This document shows positions 26,131 to 39,693 of a stretch of DNA of 64,000 nt, piece after piece. Position 1 is the stretch's first letter. Every line of letters begins with the position of its first letter. The DNA is from Octopus sinensis (Eukaryota): positions 88,288,001 to 88,352,000 of the forward strand of contig NC_043003.1 of assembly GCF_006345805.1 (NCBI RefSeq). Reading direction: 5' to 3'. Both the position numbers and the translations under genes were made by a program. The notes under the pieces were generated by a model that did no database searches, was not told where the DNA came from, and worked only from the letters and a program-made list of their open reading frames with translations.

Positions 26131-26304
26131 TTAAGGCATTGCGGTAGCTATTGGGCGAGAGGCATTCCACCTACTAAGTCTTTTGCCCACAGTTTCAACA
26201 TGAAATCCAATATTGATAAGTGCCTGATGGTCCAATATGATTCGTCCATCAAAAACAAAGGCAGGTTTTAACATGGACTGGTAGATCTGGTTATAATCAA
26301 GGGT
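26131..26304 (-). CDS. UGDH: UGDH terminal coding exon
   Basis: CTTTCAG acceptor, 174 nt. TLDYNQIYQSMLKPAFVFDGRIILDHQALINIGFHVETVGKRLSRWNASRPIATAMP* contains the KPAFVFDGR motif. The end could be shortened by an internal donor. Confidence 0.9.
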   Translation of the reverse strand, partial: TLDYNQIYQSMLKPAFVFDGRIILDHQALINIGFHVETVGKRLSRWNASRPIATAMP

Positions 26305-27504
26305 CTGAAAGAGAAAATGTTAAAGAAGGTTAAATGAGGCTCTTTGTACAGGGACAATAATTTATTTTAAATTGTATATTAATTTTTTAACTGGTTTCAG
26401 CACTGGCCATGTTGGAGCACCAACTCTGAGGATATATTCAGTTACATAAATTCCAGCACTTACTTTACTGATAATGGAAAAATGAAAGGCAAAGTGAGTC
26501 AGATTGGGATTTGAACTCAGAACATAAAAAGAAGTAAACAAGTGCTACTAGGTATTTTGACCAACACTTTACTGATTCAGTCATACACCCACCATATAGC
26601 ATACATGCATTGATCTATAAAAGAGAAATATAGACTAGAAACACTGATAGACACAACTATACGAGAAAAACTGACTTCTTTCACAGAGTCAAATATACTT
26701 TAATTGGTAAACATACAACAAAGTTAACTTCAACATTAGGTTATTGCCCATGTATTTACAATAGTTTTATCCTCATAGATTATGCTCTCTCTCACTCTTC
26801 TATATACATGAAAATATGTTAGTTTATTTATCAAGCTTTAGCATACACACACACACAAACACTACTACTATTACTTCACTGTTAAATTTTGCCTCGCTTG
26901 TTGAGTCAGTAACTTTAATATCTACCATTGGCACCAAAATATAAATTTGTAGAACAAGAGTATAATTGATTAAACAATCCCCAGTATAATGCTGATTATT
27001 CTATCAATTCTTTGATGATGAAAGGCAAACCTGATCCTAGCAGGATTTGAACTTTGATTAGAGAAGGTTGCAACTAAAAATCACCTTTCTCAATTTGCTT
27101 TCTATTTCTAGGCAAAAGATAATCAGAGCTATATTTCTTTGATCATATGACTGTCCAACCAAGGTTGGTATGGGGCTAAACAACAACAGCAGCAGGAATT
27201 GCTGCTGACCTGATGCTAAACAACAATTTTTCCAGTTAGTTGTATATATGCATTACAACCTAAGTATATATGTCTTACACCTGTGTGTGTGTGTGTTGAG
27301 TTGACCAAAATGTCAGTTCAGCTTTTATTGACAGTAAACTTCAAGTACTCTAACAAATAGCTAACTTCAGCCAGTCTCTGCATATGTGCACTCATTAGGT
27401 ACTTGACACTTCAATGTAGTTTGATTCAAACATGTAATGAAGCAGGTTGTATTTTGTGTACTTGGGATCACCCTGAAAATGAAGAACCAAAATAAACATT
27501 ATCG

Positions 27505-27950
27505 ATATCATCATCATCATCATCATCATCGTTTAACGTCCGTTTTCCACGCTAGCACGGGTTGGATGGTTCGACCGGGGTCTGGGAAGCCAGGGGCTGC
27601 ACCAGGCCCCAGCCTGATCTGACAGTGTTTCTACAGCTAGATGCCCTTCCTAACGCCAACCACTCCGCGAGTGTAGTGGGTGCTTTTTACGTGCCTCCGG
27701 CACAGGTGCCAGGGGAGTCTGGCATCGGCCACGATCGGGTTGGTGCTTTTAACGTGCCACCGGCACGGAAGCCAGCCAAGGCGGTGCTGGCATCGGCCAC
27801 GTTCGGATGGTGCTTTTTATGTGCCACCGGCACAGAAGCCAGTTGAGGCAGCACTGGCATCGGCAACGTTCGGATGGTGCTTTTTATGTGCCACCGGCAC
27901 AGAAGCCAGTCGAGGCGGCACTGGCAACGGCCACGTTCGGATGGTGCTTA
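27505..27950 (-). mobile_element. (ATG)n-tailed SINE/RTE 3'-end repeat
   Basis: (cat)n start, core and four subrepeats. Confidence 0.85.
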
Positions 27951-27954
27951 TACC

Positions 27955-28914
27955 TTTTATATTTTTTAAAAGGCAAATAAGTGGCAGAAACCTGCAGGGA
28001 GATATGTGCTGTGTATGGAGAGGATGCTGTTATGGAGCATGTGTACCAGAAATGTTTTTTTAAGATTTTGATTAGAAAATTTTTCACTTCAACATTCATC
28101 TCACTAACTGAAATAAACAGTGACATCATCCCCCATTATACAGTCAGAATGATCACACATATTTCCCAAATTATCCAAATTGAGTGTTGAAAACCATCTG
28201 CATCAACTTGGTTACATCAGCAGGCTCAATGTGTGGGTTCCACATCAACTGAATGAAGCTAACCTCACCCAATGGACTTCGGACTTCCATCTGCGATTCA
28301 TTACAGAAACATGAAGAAAACATTCCTCTTTTGAAGAGGATGGTGATAGGGGGGGACAAATAATGGGTCATCCATAACAATGTGGAGCACAAATTATCAT
28401 GGGGGAAACAGCACTTCACCCAATTTGGTGGGATTGGAAAGTTGTAGTTTTTAACAAGCTTCTTCCCATGGACAAATTAAATCTAGTAATTGACCAAAAT
28501 GAGAAAATTAAATGTAGTATTTTGCTAATCATAATGGCACTGACTTTCATCACAATGCCAGACTGCACACTCCTTTGCAGATGTGACAGAAGTTACAGGT
28601 AAGTTTTGCCACATCTTCCATATTTGCCCAACCTTGTGCCTTCAAATTTCCATCTGTTTTGTTCTCTTCAAAATTCATTGACTGGACAGACCTTAAACCC
28701 TGAAGAGGTTGTAAAAATTCACCTGGAAGAGTGTCTTGCCAGTAAAACAAGAAAAGAAATTCTTAGAGCAAGGAATAATGGATCTTCCCACAAGACGGCA
28801 GAAAATAGTGGAATGAAACTGATTATATCATTGATTGAATAAATCACTTTGTGTTTAAAACTTGTGTCTTATTTTTACTTTAAAAAACTGAACAGACTTT
28901 TAGGTCAACCCAAT
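27955..28914 (+). mobile_element. Decayed mariner transposon
   Basis: AETCREICAVYGEDA HTH, WVPHQL and PYLPNLVPSNFHLF motifs. 3' TIR-like gacttttaggtcaacccaata followed by TA. Confidence 0.85.
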
Positions 28915-28995
28915 ATATATTCCACATGGGGATGTACGTGTCATACAACTAGACCCACAAAAGATGAGTAGGGATAGGAAGAAATGGCAACTTAC

Positions 28996-29087
28996 TATAA
29001 ATTCATCCCATTCAGTACATATCACCACAGCATGGGCAGCTTCAGCAGCTTTATAAGGGCAAGGACATATTGTAACAAATTCTTTCA
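28996..29087 (-). CDS. UGDH: UGDH exon
   Basis: TTTTAG acceptor, GTAAGT donor, 92 nt. (V)KEFVTICPCPYKAAEAAHAVVICTEWDEFI. Confidence 0.96.
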
Positions 29088-29221
29088 CTAAAAGGAGAAA
29101 AGAAAAAATAACAATGAGGATAAATGTTTTTTTATTGGTTACAAGTGCTCATATGTGCAGTTCAAAATGTTTCATGCAAAAGTACTTACACAAACGTGGA
29201 TGTATATGAGTGTGTGTGATT

Positions 29222-30720
29222 TGCATGTCATCATCACTGTTATCATCATTTAACATCCATGTTTCATGTAGACATGGGCTGGACAGTTTCACAGGAACTG
29301 ATATGTTCAAGGACTGTACTTAGCTGCAATGTCTGCTTTGGCATGGTTTTTATGGCTAGATATCCTTTACAGCATGGACTGGGTACTTTTTTTGTGTCTC
29401 CAGCACTATTGAGATTGCCATGCATTTTGCAGCAAGACGTATACAAGTCCTGGAGTAGCCAGGGGGGTAACTTCATGTTAGAGGACAAGGGGATTATCAT
29501 GAGGTGGGAGCAGAGAAGGTTCTTGCAGAAGAATCTGTATCTGCTTGGATACTCACATATAGTTTGAGAGAGAGAGATGAAAAAATGGTCAGTAGGAACT
29601 ACATATAATGATGATGAGGCACCCAAGCCATCCAACAAGGCACAAGCTGAGTAGAAGTTGGTGAGTTTATATGCTTGTTTGGGAAGGTGAACAAGGATGG
29701 GGTAGTATGAGACAAAAGTAATGAGCTGGGGATGAGAGATGTGGAAAAGTGGAGTCAGCATGTAGCAGTAGTAATAAAGATGATACAGTTACTGGTGGTG
29801 GTGGAGGTATGACATGAGAGAGGGAGGGAGAAGAGATAGACATAGATGTAGTGCACGAGGGGAGTGTGTTACTGTAACAGATGGCGGACCCAAAATATAG
29901 CACTTCCAGAACTCAGTCCTGGTGATGAGGGCAACTTTTTTTGAGAACTGCATATTGCCAGAGATCCCAGTCCTCTGTCATTTCATCTATCAGGTTCAAG
30001 GTCCTGAGGGTGGCTTTTACACTTTATGCTATGTCTTCCCGGGTCTTTCTCTTCTGCAGGTTCCAGCCACATGTTCTCCACATTCAGCAGCCTTTCATAA
30101 TAGCACTTGCAAACCAACTTCTTCTGTTCCATATTGGTAGTGAGTCTGCCTTTATAATTCTGAACATACTTGTCACCAATGATATCACAAACTTTCACAC
30201 ACATTATCTCACAATTTTGAACACTTCGTGTGTCTGATCCTCACATTGCAGGACATGTACAAATTTCTTCCTTTCTGCCTCACATTTGGCCAAGTACACC
30301 TGACATCTAGATGTCCTTCAAGTTATTAAGTAGTACTCTTTATTATCAACATCTTTCCAGTATATCCAAGTTAGTCTTTTTAGCCTTGATTGCCCTATCA
30401 ACCTTATCATTCCACCACCATGTTACTTTTGGCTTGTTTAAGACATTTCTCCAGCCATGTCTTATCTGCAGCCCTAAGCAGGTTATTATGTAAAAATTCC
30501 CAGTTGTCGTCTATGCTATAAGTATTTAAATCTACTTCCCTACATTCATGTGCGTCAGAATTTTTCTGAACCCATTCCCAATGCTGAATCTCTTTTATTT
30601 CTAAATCTTCCTTCTCTATACTGATTCTCTTTTCTGTGTCCACCTAGCTCTGACAGATGTTCACTAGCCACTAACCTATGCTGTGTGGTGCATTCTTCAC
30701 TAGGAAATGTTATGGTATTC
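29222..30720 (-). mobile_element. Decayed RTE LINE 3' portion with (GAT)n tail
   Basis: Frames WEFLHNNLLRAAD...VVE and WKCYYERLLNVEN, a pyrimidine-rich 3' UTR, and a tail like the SINE-like family. Confidence 0.7.
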
Positions 30721-31271
30721 ACAATGACTATTCTGTTCAGTTTCCATGTGAGAATGTAACCATGTAAGTGATGAAGTAGTTGGTTGGTTTCTTAAAGTGT
30801 GAATTGTTAAGTCAATTGCATCATAAAAATATATCAATAAATATATACATATATGTATGTATATATTTATATATAATTATGAACAAGAGTGAAGTCAGTA
30901 AATTGTTTATTACATAAATTTACAATTGTTTCACTGTAATTTGAACTGAAGAGTATTGTTATATTATCATATGATATATGCAACTAAAGTGTATCATTAT
31001 ATCGATACAACCAAAAGTCAGCTCATCAGAATCCTGTATATAATACATTTATTACAGATGACTAGAATTATCATTGATTTATAAGTATAGCCAGTAGTGG
31101 TGTTTATATTAACACATTTACATATCACAAGTAAAGCTAAGAAAGAAAAAATAGAAATTTAAATACACCTGTCAATGAGGAATAGAAGAAATGAAGAAAT
31201 GAGGGATAGAGGAAATAGAATAAGTCAGCAGATAATACCGTTCTTTGTCTCCAGAAAATTTATAAATCAAT

Positions 31272-31488
31272 AGCCAGCTCTGTCTGGCACCTGTGCGGGT
31301 GGCACGTAAAAAGCACCCACTACACTCACGGAGTGGTTGGCGTTAGGAAGGGCATCCAGCCGTAGAAACACTGCCAGATTTGACTGGGCCTGATGAAGCC
31401 TTCTGGCTTCACAGACCCCAGTAGAACCGTCCAACCCATGCTAGCATGGAAAACGGACGCTAAACGATGATGATGATGATGATGATGA
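31272..31488 (+). mobile_element. (ATG)n-tailed SINE/RTE 3'-end repeat
   Basis: Family core and (gat)n tail. Confidence 0.85.
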
Positions 31489-31731
31489 ATAGGTATGTGT
31501 TTTTAATCATCCTATTATACAGCAGACATCTTCAGACACAGTTTTTAGGAATATAAGGTGTAAAGACAGCCTGTAAATTTGTCAACACAGAGGCCAAGTG
31601 GAAATGGCTACTAAATCCAGTGGCGAGATATACACTTAGATAGGAGACAAAGATAAAGTAATTAATGTGTTTAATAGCACACTTCATGAACCAACGAGAG
31701 GAAGGAAGTTGTGAAGGAATTTCTATGCATA

Positions 31732-33014
31732 CAAAGGTGAGCTGAAAAGTTCATAGGCTGTCTCTGAAAAAATAATGCTAGGCTGTGGAATTTTGTGTGC
31801 AATTATTTCAACACTTCTTATTAATAACTGGATTGTTTCTTTTCAGGTAAATTGACATCTCACTGTACAAAGGACACTTCAGAAGTAACTAGTAGTGACT
31901 TCTCTTGAAAATCGACAGAATTTGGCATTATGCTGTCATGAAGTACCTGCAGAAATAGGGTTTAACTCACAAGGACAATCATGCTGACATCATTGCTATA
32001 TTAGGAGATGATATTCCAGCTTTATCAACACTGCAAAAGTGGACGGCTGAATTTAGGTGGGGAAGGGAGAGTCTTGAAAATGACCCAAGCTCTGGACATC
32101 CTGCAACTGCCACTCCTGAAGAAAGCATTGATTGTGCTCACCACATGGTGATTGATACAGGTGATTGACTATAAAGCAAATAGCCAATGCTATTAGCATA
32201 CCCTGTGTGAGAGTTCAGAATATTCTGCACAATGAACTTGGTGAATTTGGCATGATAAAAGTTTCTGGTTGGTGGGTGCCATGTCTTCTACCATCAGATC
32301 AAAAGCACATCAGGCTCACTACATCACAGGAAAATCTGACATTGTTTCGGGGAGGTCCAGCTGGTTTCCTTGACATTTCTTAATCCAGGATCAGTGTTGG
32401 CTTCATCACTTAGAGCCAGAAACAAAGAGACAATCCATACAGTGGAAACATGTCTCCTCACCTACTCCAATGAAGGCCAAAGTCGTTTCATCAACAGGGA
32501 ATGTGATGGCCTCAGATTTTTGGGATGCAAAAGGCATTGTTTATTGACTATCTTCAGCTGAGCCATACCATCAATGGAAAGTACTATGCCAGCTTGCTGA
32601 GGCATTTACAAATGTCTATCAAGGCCAAACAGCCAGAAAAATTGATGAAAGCATACAACTTCTTGGTTTCAATGGCTGCTGTGTATGACTATGGCTTTCA
32701 GCTGGTTGATCACCATCTCTATTCTCTTGATTTTGCCCCATCTAACTATGCCCCAATATGAAAAAACACTTGTTTAGGAACCAGCATCACAGTAATGATG
32801 TCATATCTACTGATGATGATATTATATCTGCTGATGATAACTTTTTTTACCAACAGGATGAAAGCTTCTTCACCAATGGGAAGAAGCTTTCAACACTGAT
32901 GGAAGAAGTGTGTGGACAGCAGGGGGAGGGGGACTATGTTGAAGAATAAACCTTATTTATTTAAATTCCATGAGAGTATCTTGGTCAGCCTATGAACTTT
33001 TCAGCTGATCCTTG
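31732..33014 (+). mobile_element. Decayed near-full-length mariner with TIRs
   Basis: TA|CAAAGGTGAGCTGAAAAGTTCATAGGCTG ... CAGCCTATGAACTTTTCAGCTGATCCTTG|TA. Contains WVPCLL and HHLYSLDFAPS motifs, with many stops. Confidence 0.88.
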
Positions 33015-33114
33015 TACAGACTTGAATTATAATTCTTGTGTTGCTATGTATATAATCTATGAAAATAACAATTTAAAAATTTTGAAATATGAAAATAAAA
33101 AATGATAAAGAACA

Positions 33115-35150
33115 GACACAGGAGTAGCTGTGTGGTAAGTAGCTTGCTTACTGCTACCAAGTTGTCGCGTTTTTTGTATGCTGTAAACGTTCAGTGTCGA
33201 AAATTGAACAATTGAAGCGGACAATTTGTCTGCCAATGGTCATGCAAGAAGACTCACTTTATAGTGAGAATTGTGAGTTTTTTTGGGAGGTGTGTCCTTC
33301 TGAAAATTTTTGAATTTTATGTGACTGTGTTTGTGCCTTCTAAGAAGATTTTACCATAGGAGTACAACCAGAGTTGGATGAAATTTTGTGCTGTGCTGCA
33401 AAGGATTACTGGAATAGCAGAATTGTGTTGTTTTGCTATTTTGTCTTCCTTCGTGCTTTCTTCTCTTGTCTGTCTTTCTGCTCTGTTTTTTGTTTATATT
33501 TTTGACTTTTGAGTTGAACATTTTTGAACTTTATATTTGAGAACATTTTTCATTATTTGTGTTGTATCTTTATGGCAACAAAAAATGTGCTGGAGTGGCG
33601 AATTGTGACCCCAATGACTGGATTAAAAATTATACGGAGAGAACAGTGGTGTTAAGAACCTACGCTAAGGTCCTTGACACCATCTCTGTTTTTTCGCGTA
33701 ATGATATAGAAAATGAGTTGGCAGGATACCTGCCAAATCTTAGGTTTATCTGCAGGGGTGCAAAGTACGCAATGGTGTGTGTACTTTTCAACACCCCTGC
33801 AGAGGCTCAAAAATTTGTGAGCCAGTCCATTGAAGGGGAGAAAATTTTGTTTCTCCCCACCTATGGTGGGCAAAACTTGACAAAAGCCAGGGTGTGTGGG
33901 CTGCCACCCGGAATAGAAACTGAATGGATAGAAGACACTATCCGTCGGGGTCTGGGTGGCAGCCCTGCCAGGTTCTTAACTGTAAAAATTTTGCCGGTGG
34001 CTGATTGGGTCGGGTCAAAAGCAATTTTGACCTTATGGACCCAATCAGCCGATGATCTGGTTCTACCAGATTTTTTAACATTGGCCGGTTCCAGGTACCC
34101 GGTGATAGTTGAGGGTTCCCCCCCCACCCAGGTGTCACCGGGACTAGGCAAAGGTCCTGAAACAGTTAATTGATAAAGATCTCTCTGTTTCCCAAATCGA
34201 GCCCCTTGCTCCTTCATTGGAGGGAGAGAGGGAGAAAGTCGAGGAGGAGGTAACTTCGAAAAAAGGAACAAAACGAAAGAAGGTGGGCAACAATGGTTGC
34301 CCACTGATGGATCCCAAGGCGGTGGGAGGGAAGGAGGGATCTACGGACAAGCCAGAGGAACCTCACCCTCCCACCGTGAAGAAGGGGAAAAAGAAGAAAA
34401 AAAAAACGGGGCATTGCCAGTGGCGGCATGCCCTGAAACCCCTTCAGTGGGATGTGTTCCACCGGAGGGGGAGAAGAAGGAAACCTCGTCGGTGGGATGT
34501 GTGCCACCAAGTGATGGAGTTGAGGCCCCTCCAGATGAAAAAGTGGAAGAATTTGTATTCTTCTATCGCAGGGGAGGGGCCATTGGTAATTATGTGGAAA
34601 ATGTCCTTGATAGTCGGTGACTAATGGACCTGACTTTTATTGACAGACCAGAGTGGCCTCTGTAGGTGGCTGCTCTGGTACTGGAAAGAAAGGACTTTTT
34701 CATATGTCAGGCTCCTTCCCAAGGGAGGATTATAGATTACATTTTTGGGGCCCTGACTTGTGGAGGGATGCCTGCAGGCCACAAGAGAATTAATCAGGGA
34801 CGTGAGGTAAGAGGTTCATCACCTCAATATGTGTGTCTTCTACTATAGCCTCGGGGTGACCCAAAGCCTTGTAAGTGGATTTGGTAGATGAAAACTGAAA
34901 GAAGCCCATTGTATATATATATATATATGCGTGTGTGTGTGTATTTGCCCCACCCCCCTCCACCAACATCGCTCAACAACCAATGCTGGTGTGTTCATGT
35001 CCCCGTAACTTAGCAGTTTGCCAAAAGAACTGACAGAATAAGTACTAGGCTTACAAAGAATAAGTCCTGGGGTCAATTTATTTTACTAAAGGCGGTGCTC
35101 CAGCATAGCCACAGTCAAAGTGACTGAAACAAATAAAAGAATAAAGAACC
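33115..35150 (+). mobile_element. tRNA-derived SINE split by a LINE insert (head 33115-33151, body 34833-35150)
   Basis: The head ggagtagctgtgtggtaagtagcttgcttac and the body gtgtcttctactatagcc...ccaaagccttg...ggcggtgctccagcat match the uninterrupted copy at 1837. Confidence 0.75.
33152..34832 (+). mobile_element. LINE remnant with 5' UTR and ORF1 (L1/Tx1-like RRM-type ORF1), no recognisable RT
   Basis: T-rich 5' UTR, then ORF 33559-34173 with TKARVCGLPPGIETEWI...YPVIVEG.PP, a degenerate PRCHR knuckle in the shifted frame, and a K/E-rich tail. Confidence 0.6.
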
Positions 35151-35264
35151 AAATTATAATTCTCCTTCTGCATTCATGGTAATTGACAGTAAAATTATCA
35201 AAATCATAGAATATTCCACTGTAAATCGAATAACTGTATAAAACAGACACATACACATAGACAC

Positions 35265-35830
35265 ATCATCATCATCATCGTTTAATGTCCGCTTTCCATG
35301 CTAGCATGGATTGGACGATTTGACTGAGTGCTGGTGAACCAGATGGCTGCACCAGTCTCCAGTCTTGATCTGGCAGAGTTTCTACAGCTGGATGCCCTTC
35401 CTAATGCCAACCACTCCAAGAGTGTAGTGAGTGCTTTTACGTGCCACCGGTACAGGGGCCAGTAGGCAGTACTGGCAACGACCTCGCTTGAATCTTTTTA
35501 CACATGCCACCAGCACAGGCGACGCTGGTAATGATTACGCTCGAATGGTGCCTTTTACGTGCTACCAGCATGGAAGCCAGTTAGCCGCTCTGTCAACGAT
35601 CACATGCATATGGTGCTCTTGGCACCCTACAAGCATGGGGCTCAAGTGCCAGTAAGGCAACGCTGGTAACAATCACACTCGTATGGTGCTCTTTGCACCC
35701 CGCTAGCATGGATGCCAGTCATCGAATTTGATTTTGATTTCACTTGCCTCAACAGGTCTTCGCAAGCAGAGTTTAGTGTCCAATGAAGGAAAGGTACGCA
35801 TAAGTGGGCTGGTTATGCCCCTGGCATAGG
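35265..35830 (-). mobile_element. (ATG)n-tailed SINE/RTE 3'-end repeat
   Basis: (cat)n start, core and subrepeats, with the same distal end as the copy at 1228. Confidence 0.8.
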
Positions 35831-35950
35831 CCATGAGGTTATGCCCCTGGCATAACCTCACATATTGTATATGCTTGTGCACTAATGTATATATTTCTTT
35901 CTCTCAAAAGAATGTATAATCCAATTTAATTGTTTACATGTTTACAGGTA

Positions 35951-37241
35951 CGAGGGACGTTCAATAAGTAATGCCTCTGACCCACTTGCAGTTGTTTGAT
36001 CTAGCTGAAATTTTGCATGTGCAATCATTTATATCTCTATAGAGTAAGTGGCAAATTACAGCTCTGAATTAATTGTGGTTTCTGATTTACAGGTGTTTGA
36101 ACCGAGTCAAGTGTGAAATGGAGCCTGTTGAGTGTCGAGCAGTGATCTGGTTTTTGTATTTGAAAGGACGCACACCATGGGAGACTTTTGATGAAATGAA
36201 AGTAACTTATGGTGATGATGCCCCATCATATGACCTTGTAAAACGCTGGCATTGTGAATTCAAACATGGTCGGAACTCTGTGGAAACAGCTCCCAGATCT
36301 GGTCGCCCCCTCCTGCCATTGATGAGGCATCTGTCCGTCAAGTTGAGGCTGCCATTTTGGAAGATTGACGCATAATTATTCGCCAAATAGCCCATGAGGT
36401 CAAGATTAGTACCAGGTCTGTGGAAACTATCATTCATGACCATTTGCATATGCAAAAGGTATCTGCCAGATGGATTCCCAGGTTGCTCATGCCTTTCCAG
36501 AAGCAAGAACGCGTTCAGTGCTCGAGGGTGAATTTGGAGATGTGCCAAGAAGATGAGTCAAAATTTTTCAAAAGACTGATTACACAGGATGAAACCTGGG
36601 TCCATCACGATGATCCAGAGACCAAAGCCCAGTCAATGCAGTGGAAGCACCGTGACTCAACCCCTCCAAAGAAGGCAAGGGTGCAGCCCTCCGCTGGCAA
36701 GGTCATGCTCACAGTCTTCTGGGACCAGGACGGAGTAGTGATGACAGATTTCCTGGCAAAGGGTACCACAATTGCAGGAGCCTATTATGCTTCACTTTTG
36801 AGGAAATTAAGAGAAGTTATCAAAATCAAGAGGCGGGGCAAGATCAGCAAAGGCATCCTCCTCCTGCAGGACAACGCTCCGGTCCACAACTCGCTTGTCG
36901 CCAGATCAGAAGCACTGACGTATGGCTATGAACTCCTCCCCATCCCCCCTACTTTCCTGACCTTGCACCCTCTGATTTTCACCTCTTCCCAATCATGAAG
37001 TTGTTTTTGAAAGGAAAGCATTTCCCAGATGATGCAGCCTTGATTTCTGAAGTCACGTTGAGGTTGGAGGACCAAGCTGGGTTCTTCTACAAAAACGGTC
37101 TTCAGAGCTGCATCAAACGATGGGAGAAATGCGTAACTCTGGGTGGTTCCTATGTAGAAAAAGACTAATAACTGTGTCAAGTTTCGTTGCTCTACTGCTA
37201 TGGGAAGTGGGTCAGGGGCATTACTTATTGAACGCCCCTCG
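35951..37241 (+). mobile_element. Full-length (1291 bp) DD34D mariner; transposase pseudogene 36118-37169
   Basis: ~37-bp TIRs CGAGGGRCGTTCAATAAGTAATGCCYCTGACCCACTT flanked by TA. Motifs MEPVECRAVI...PRSGRP, WIPRLL, QDETW, QDNAPVH and PDLAPSDFHLF. Two frameshifts and one in-frame TGA. Confidence 0.96.
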
Positions 37242-38261
37242 TATACTCCTTTCTAATACATTATACAAATACTCAATAGATATCGTTGCATAATTCTGTT
37301 CAACCATTTTCCAAGATGGATAATAGATATTAATTGGAATAATTAGTCATTCTTCATTCAATATTTCCTTTTGAATTTTCTGAAAGTTTTGTCAACTATA
37401 TGGTTGCATCACATAATAATTCAGTCTTTGTCATTCTTTAGATAGTAATATACTTAAAGTTTCTTCCAGGCAAAGATTGCATCACCTAGAGATGCCATCA
37501 TGTGGTATGCAGTTCTTATGTCATACCATGAAATAGTGTGTTGAATTTTCTTTTCCCTTAAATTGCAGATTAGGTTAGCCACAGAAGTGTTATGTCTCTT
37601 ATTTACATTTGTAAATGGCACAACATGGTTATGCAAGCAATCCTTGAAAGAATTCCCTGCTGCACCAATATATGTGTATTCCTTTGCTTTAGTTCATAGC
37701 ATTTGCATACAATGTTTTTGCAGAGACACTTGTTTTCTAAAATTACATTTCTTGATATTATTAGATGCAAAGGTGGTGAGCTAGCAGAAATGTTAGCACG
37801 CCAGGCGAAATGCTTAGTGGTATTTTGTCTGTCTTTACATTCTGAGTTCAACTTTGCCTTCCATCCTTTTGTGACTGATAAATTAAGTACCAGTTGCATA
37901 CTGGGGTCGATCTAATTGACTGGCACACCCCTTCGAAAATTTCTGGCCTTGTGCCTAGAGTAGAAAAGAATATTATTAGATGTAGTAAGCATAAAGCTGG
38001 CAGAATCATTACCACACCAGGCAAAATGCTTAGCAGCATGTTGTCTATCTGAAGTTTCTTTTGCCTTTCAGGGTCAATAAAATAAGTACCAGTTAAGCAC
38101 TAGTGTCAATTTAATTGGCTTATCCCTCTCCCAAAATTGCTGTCCTTATGTCAAAATTTGAAACCAATAATATTAGATATATTGGAACTATTGGCATTAT
38201 TAATTTTCTGTTGCTTCTATTGTTTTATATTCATTACTTCCTCTCTGTTCCCCACCATTCA

Positions 38262-38680
38262 TAAGGTTTTCAGTGAAAAGTTGCAATATTGGAAGGTGTG
38301 CGCAAGATGGTTCTCGCGAATACTCACAGAAGACCATAAACGGGACATCATCACCCACCCACCTTATTGTCTGGACTAGGCACCCAGTGACTACCACTGG
38401 TTCCCTAAGCTGAAAGAACATTTGGCCAGCTTACACTTCAGCAATGACGACAAGTTGAAAGATGACGTTCACCACTTCCTCAATGATATGACAGTGAGCT
38501 GGTATGCCATAGACATACAAAAACTGCCACAACTCCTACAAAAATGTATCGACCGAAATGGTGATTATGCAGAAAAATAGATAAATGCTCAAACTTTAAA
38601 ATGTTGTAAACATCATTAACAATAAACGTTTCTGTGACTTCTAAATATTTTTGGAGACCTTACTTTTGGGATTACCCTCA
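38262..38680 (+). mobile_element. Internally deleted mariner fragment
   Basis: KVCARWFSRILT joined to HPPYCLD*APSDYHWFPKLK. 3' TIR gaccttacttttgggattaccctca followed by TA. Confidence 0.8.
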
Positions 38681-39073
38681 TATATATTAACAGCCATTTT
38701 ACTGAAAGTTTCATGGACATGAAAAATGTCTGAGGAACCGGTCTTGTTTATTTTCATATCCATGCAACTTTAAGTGACATGAAAAACTAAGTCAACTTGT
38801 CAAGTGCTACTTCCATTCATTTGTTCACTGAGTTATGTATATATAACAACATCATGATCACCATCATTTAATGTCTGTTTTCCATGTTAGCATGGGTTGG
38901 ATGATTTGACAGGATCTGATGAGTGACACAGTTGCGTCAGGCCTTAATGTCAGCTTTGGCATGGTTTTTACAGTTGGAGTCCCTTCCTAACACCAACCAG
39001 TTTAGAGTGTGCATTGGGTGCATTTTTTTTGTGACACTGGCACTAATGAAAAAAAAAAAAAAGGAAAACATAC

Positions 39074-39114
39074 CCATTTCTGGTTTGTCTGTAATTGTGG
39101 GATGCGTCAGGTCC
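39074..39114 (-). CDS. UGDH: UGDH 41-nt micro-exon
   Basis: TTGCAG acceptor, GTATGT donor. DLTHPTITDKPEM matches the DLSHP segment of UGDH, and its phases (2 in, 1 out) exactly bridge the neighbouring exons. Confidence 0.9.
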
Positions 39115-39693
39115 CTGCAAAGTAATGTCAATATGATATAACAGGTGAATAAAAGAGTTAGACATGTACACAAGTAGTATGGCAAGCACTAAAAAAAAGC
39201 AAAAAGTTTTGCCCTCCCCGACTTCATCATCATCATTTTTAATGTTCATGTTCCATTTATTTGATGACTTAACAGAATATGACAGGTCTAAGGACTGCAT
39301 TGTGCTCTTCGGTCTACTTTGGCATGAGTTTTATGGCTAGATGTCTTTCTTAATGCTAACCATGTACTGGGTGCATTTTTTGTGCCACAAGCTCTAGTGA
39401 GCTTGTCGTGTAGCTTGTTACTGAATATTTTTCTATCCCATATAATTTGTCTGTCTTCACCATGAAGTTGGACAAATTTAAAAAGTTTAAGAACATATTA
39501 ATTTTATTTAACTTGATAATTTGACCCTTCCCCAACAACTTTTTAATCTTTTCAAACTGTCACCACTATGAGAAAAACTGCACTGTGGTACTTTACATGG
39601 ACACTAAAAATAAACCAAGGTACATTACAAATATATTCCCCACCCATACAGTCTCCAAATATACACACAGTAAATTAAGGTAAGTCATGGTCA

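Noticed and set aside
31383-31420. Hammerhead in the SINE variant (CTGATGA AGCC ttct GGCT)
   Set aside because: There is no GAAA or stem III. It is a simple hairpin.
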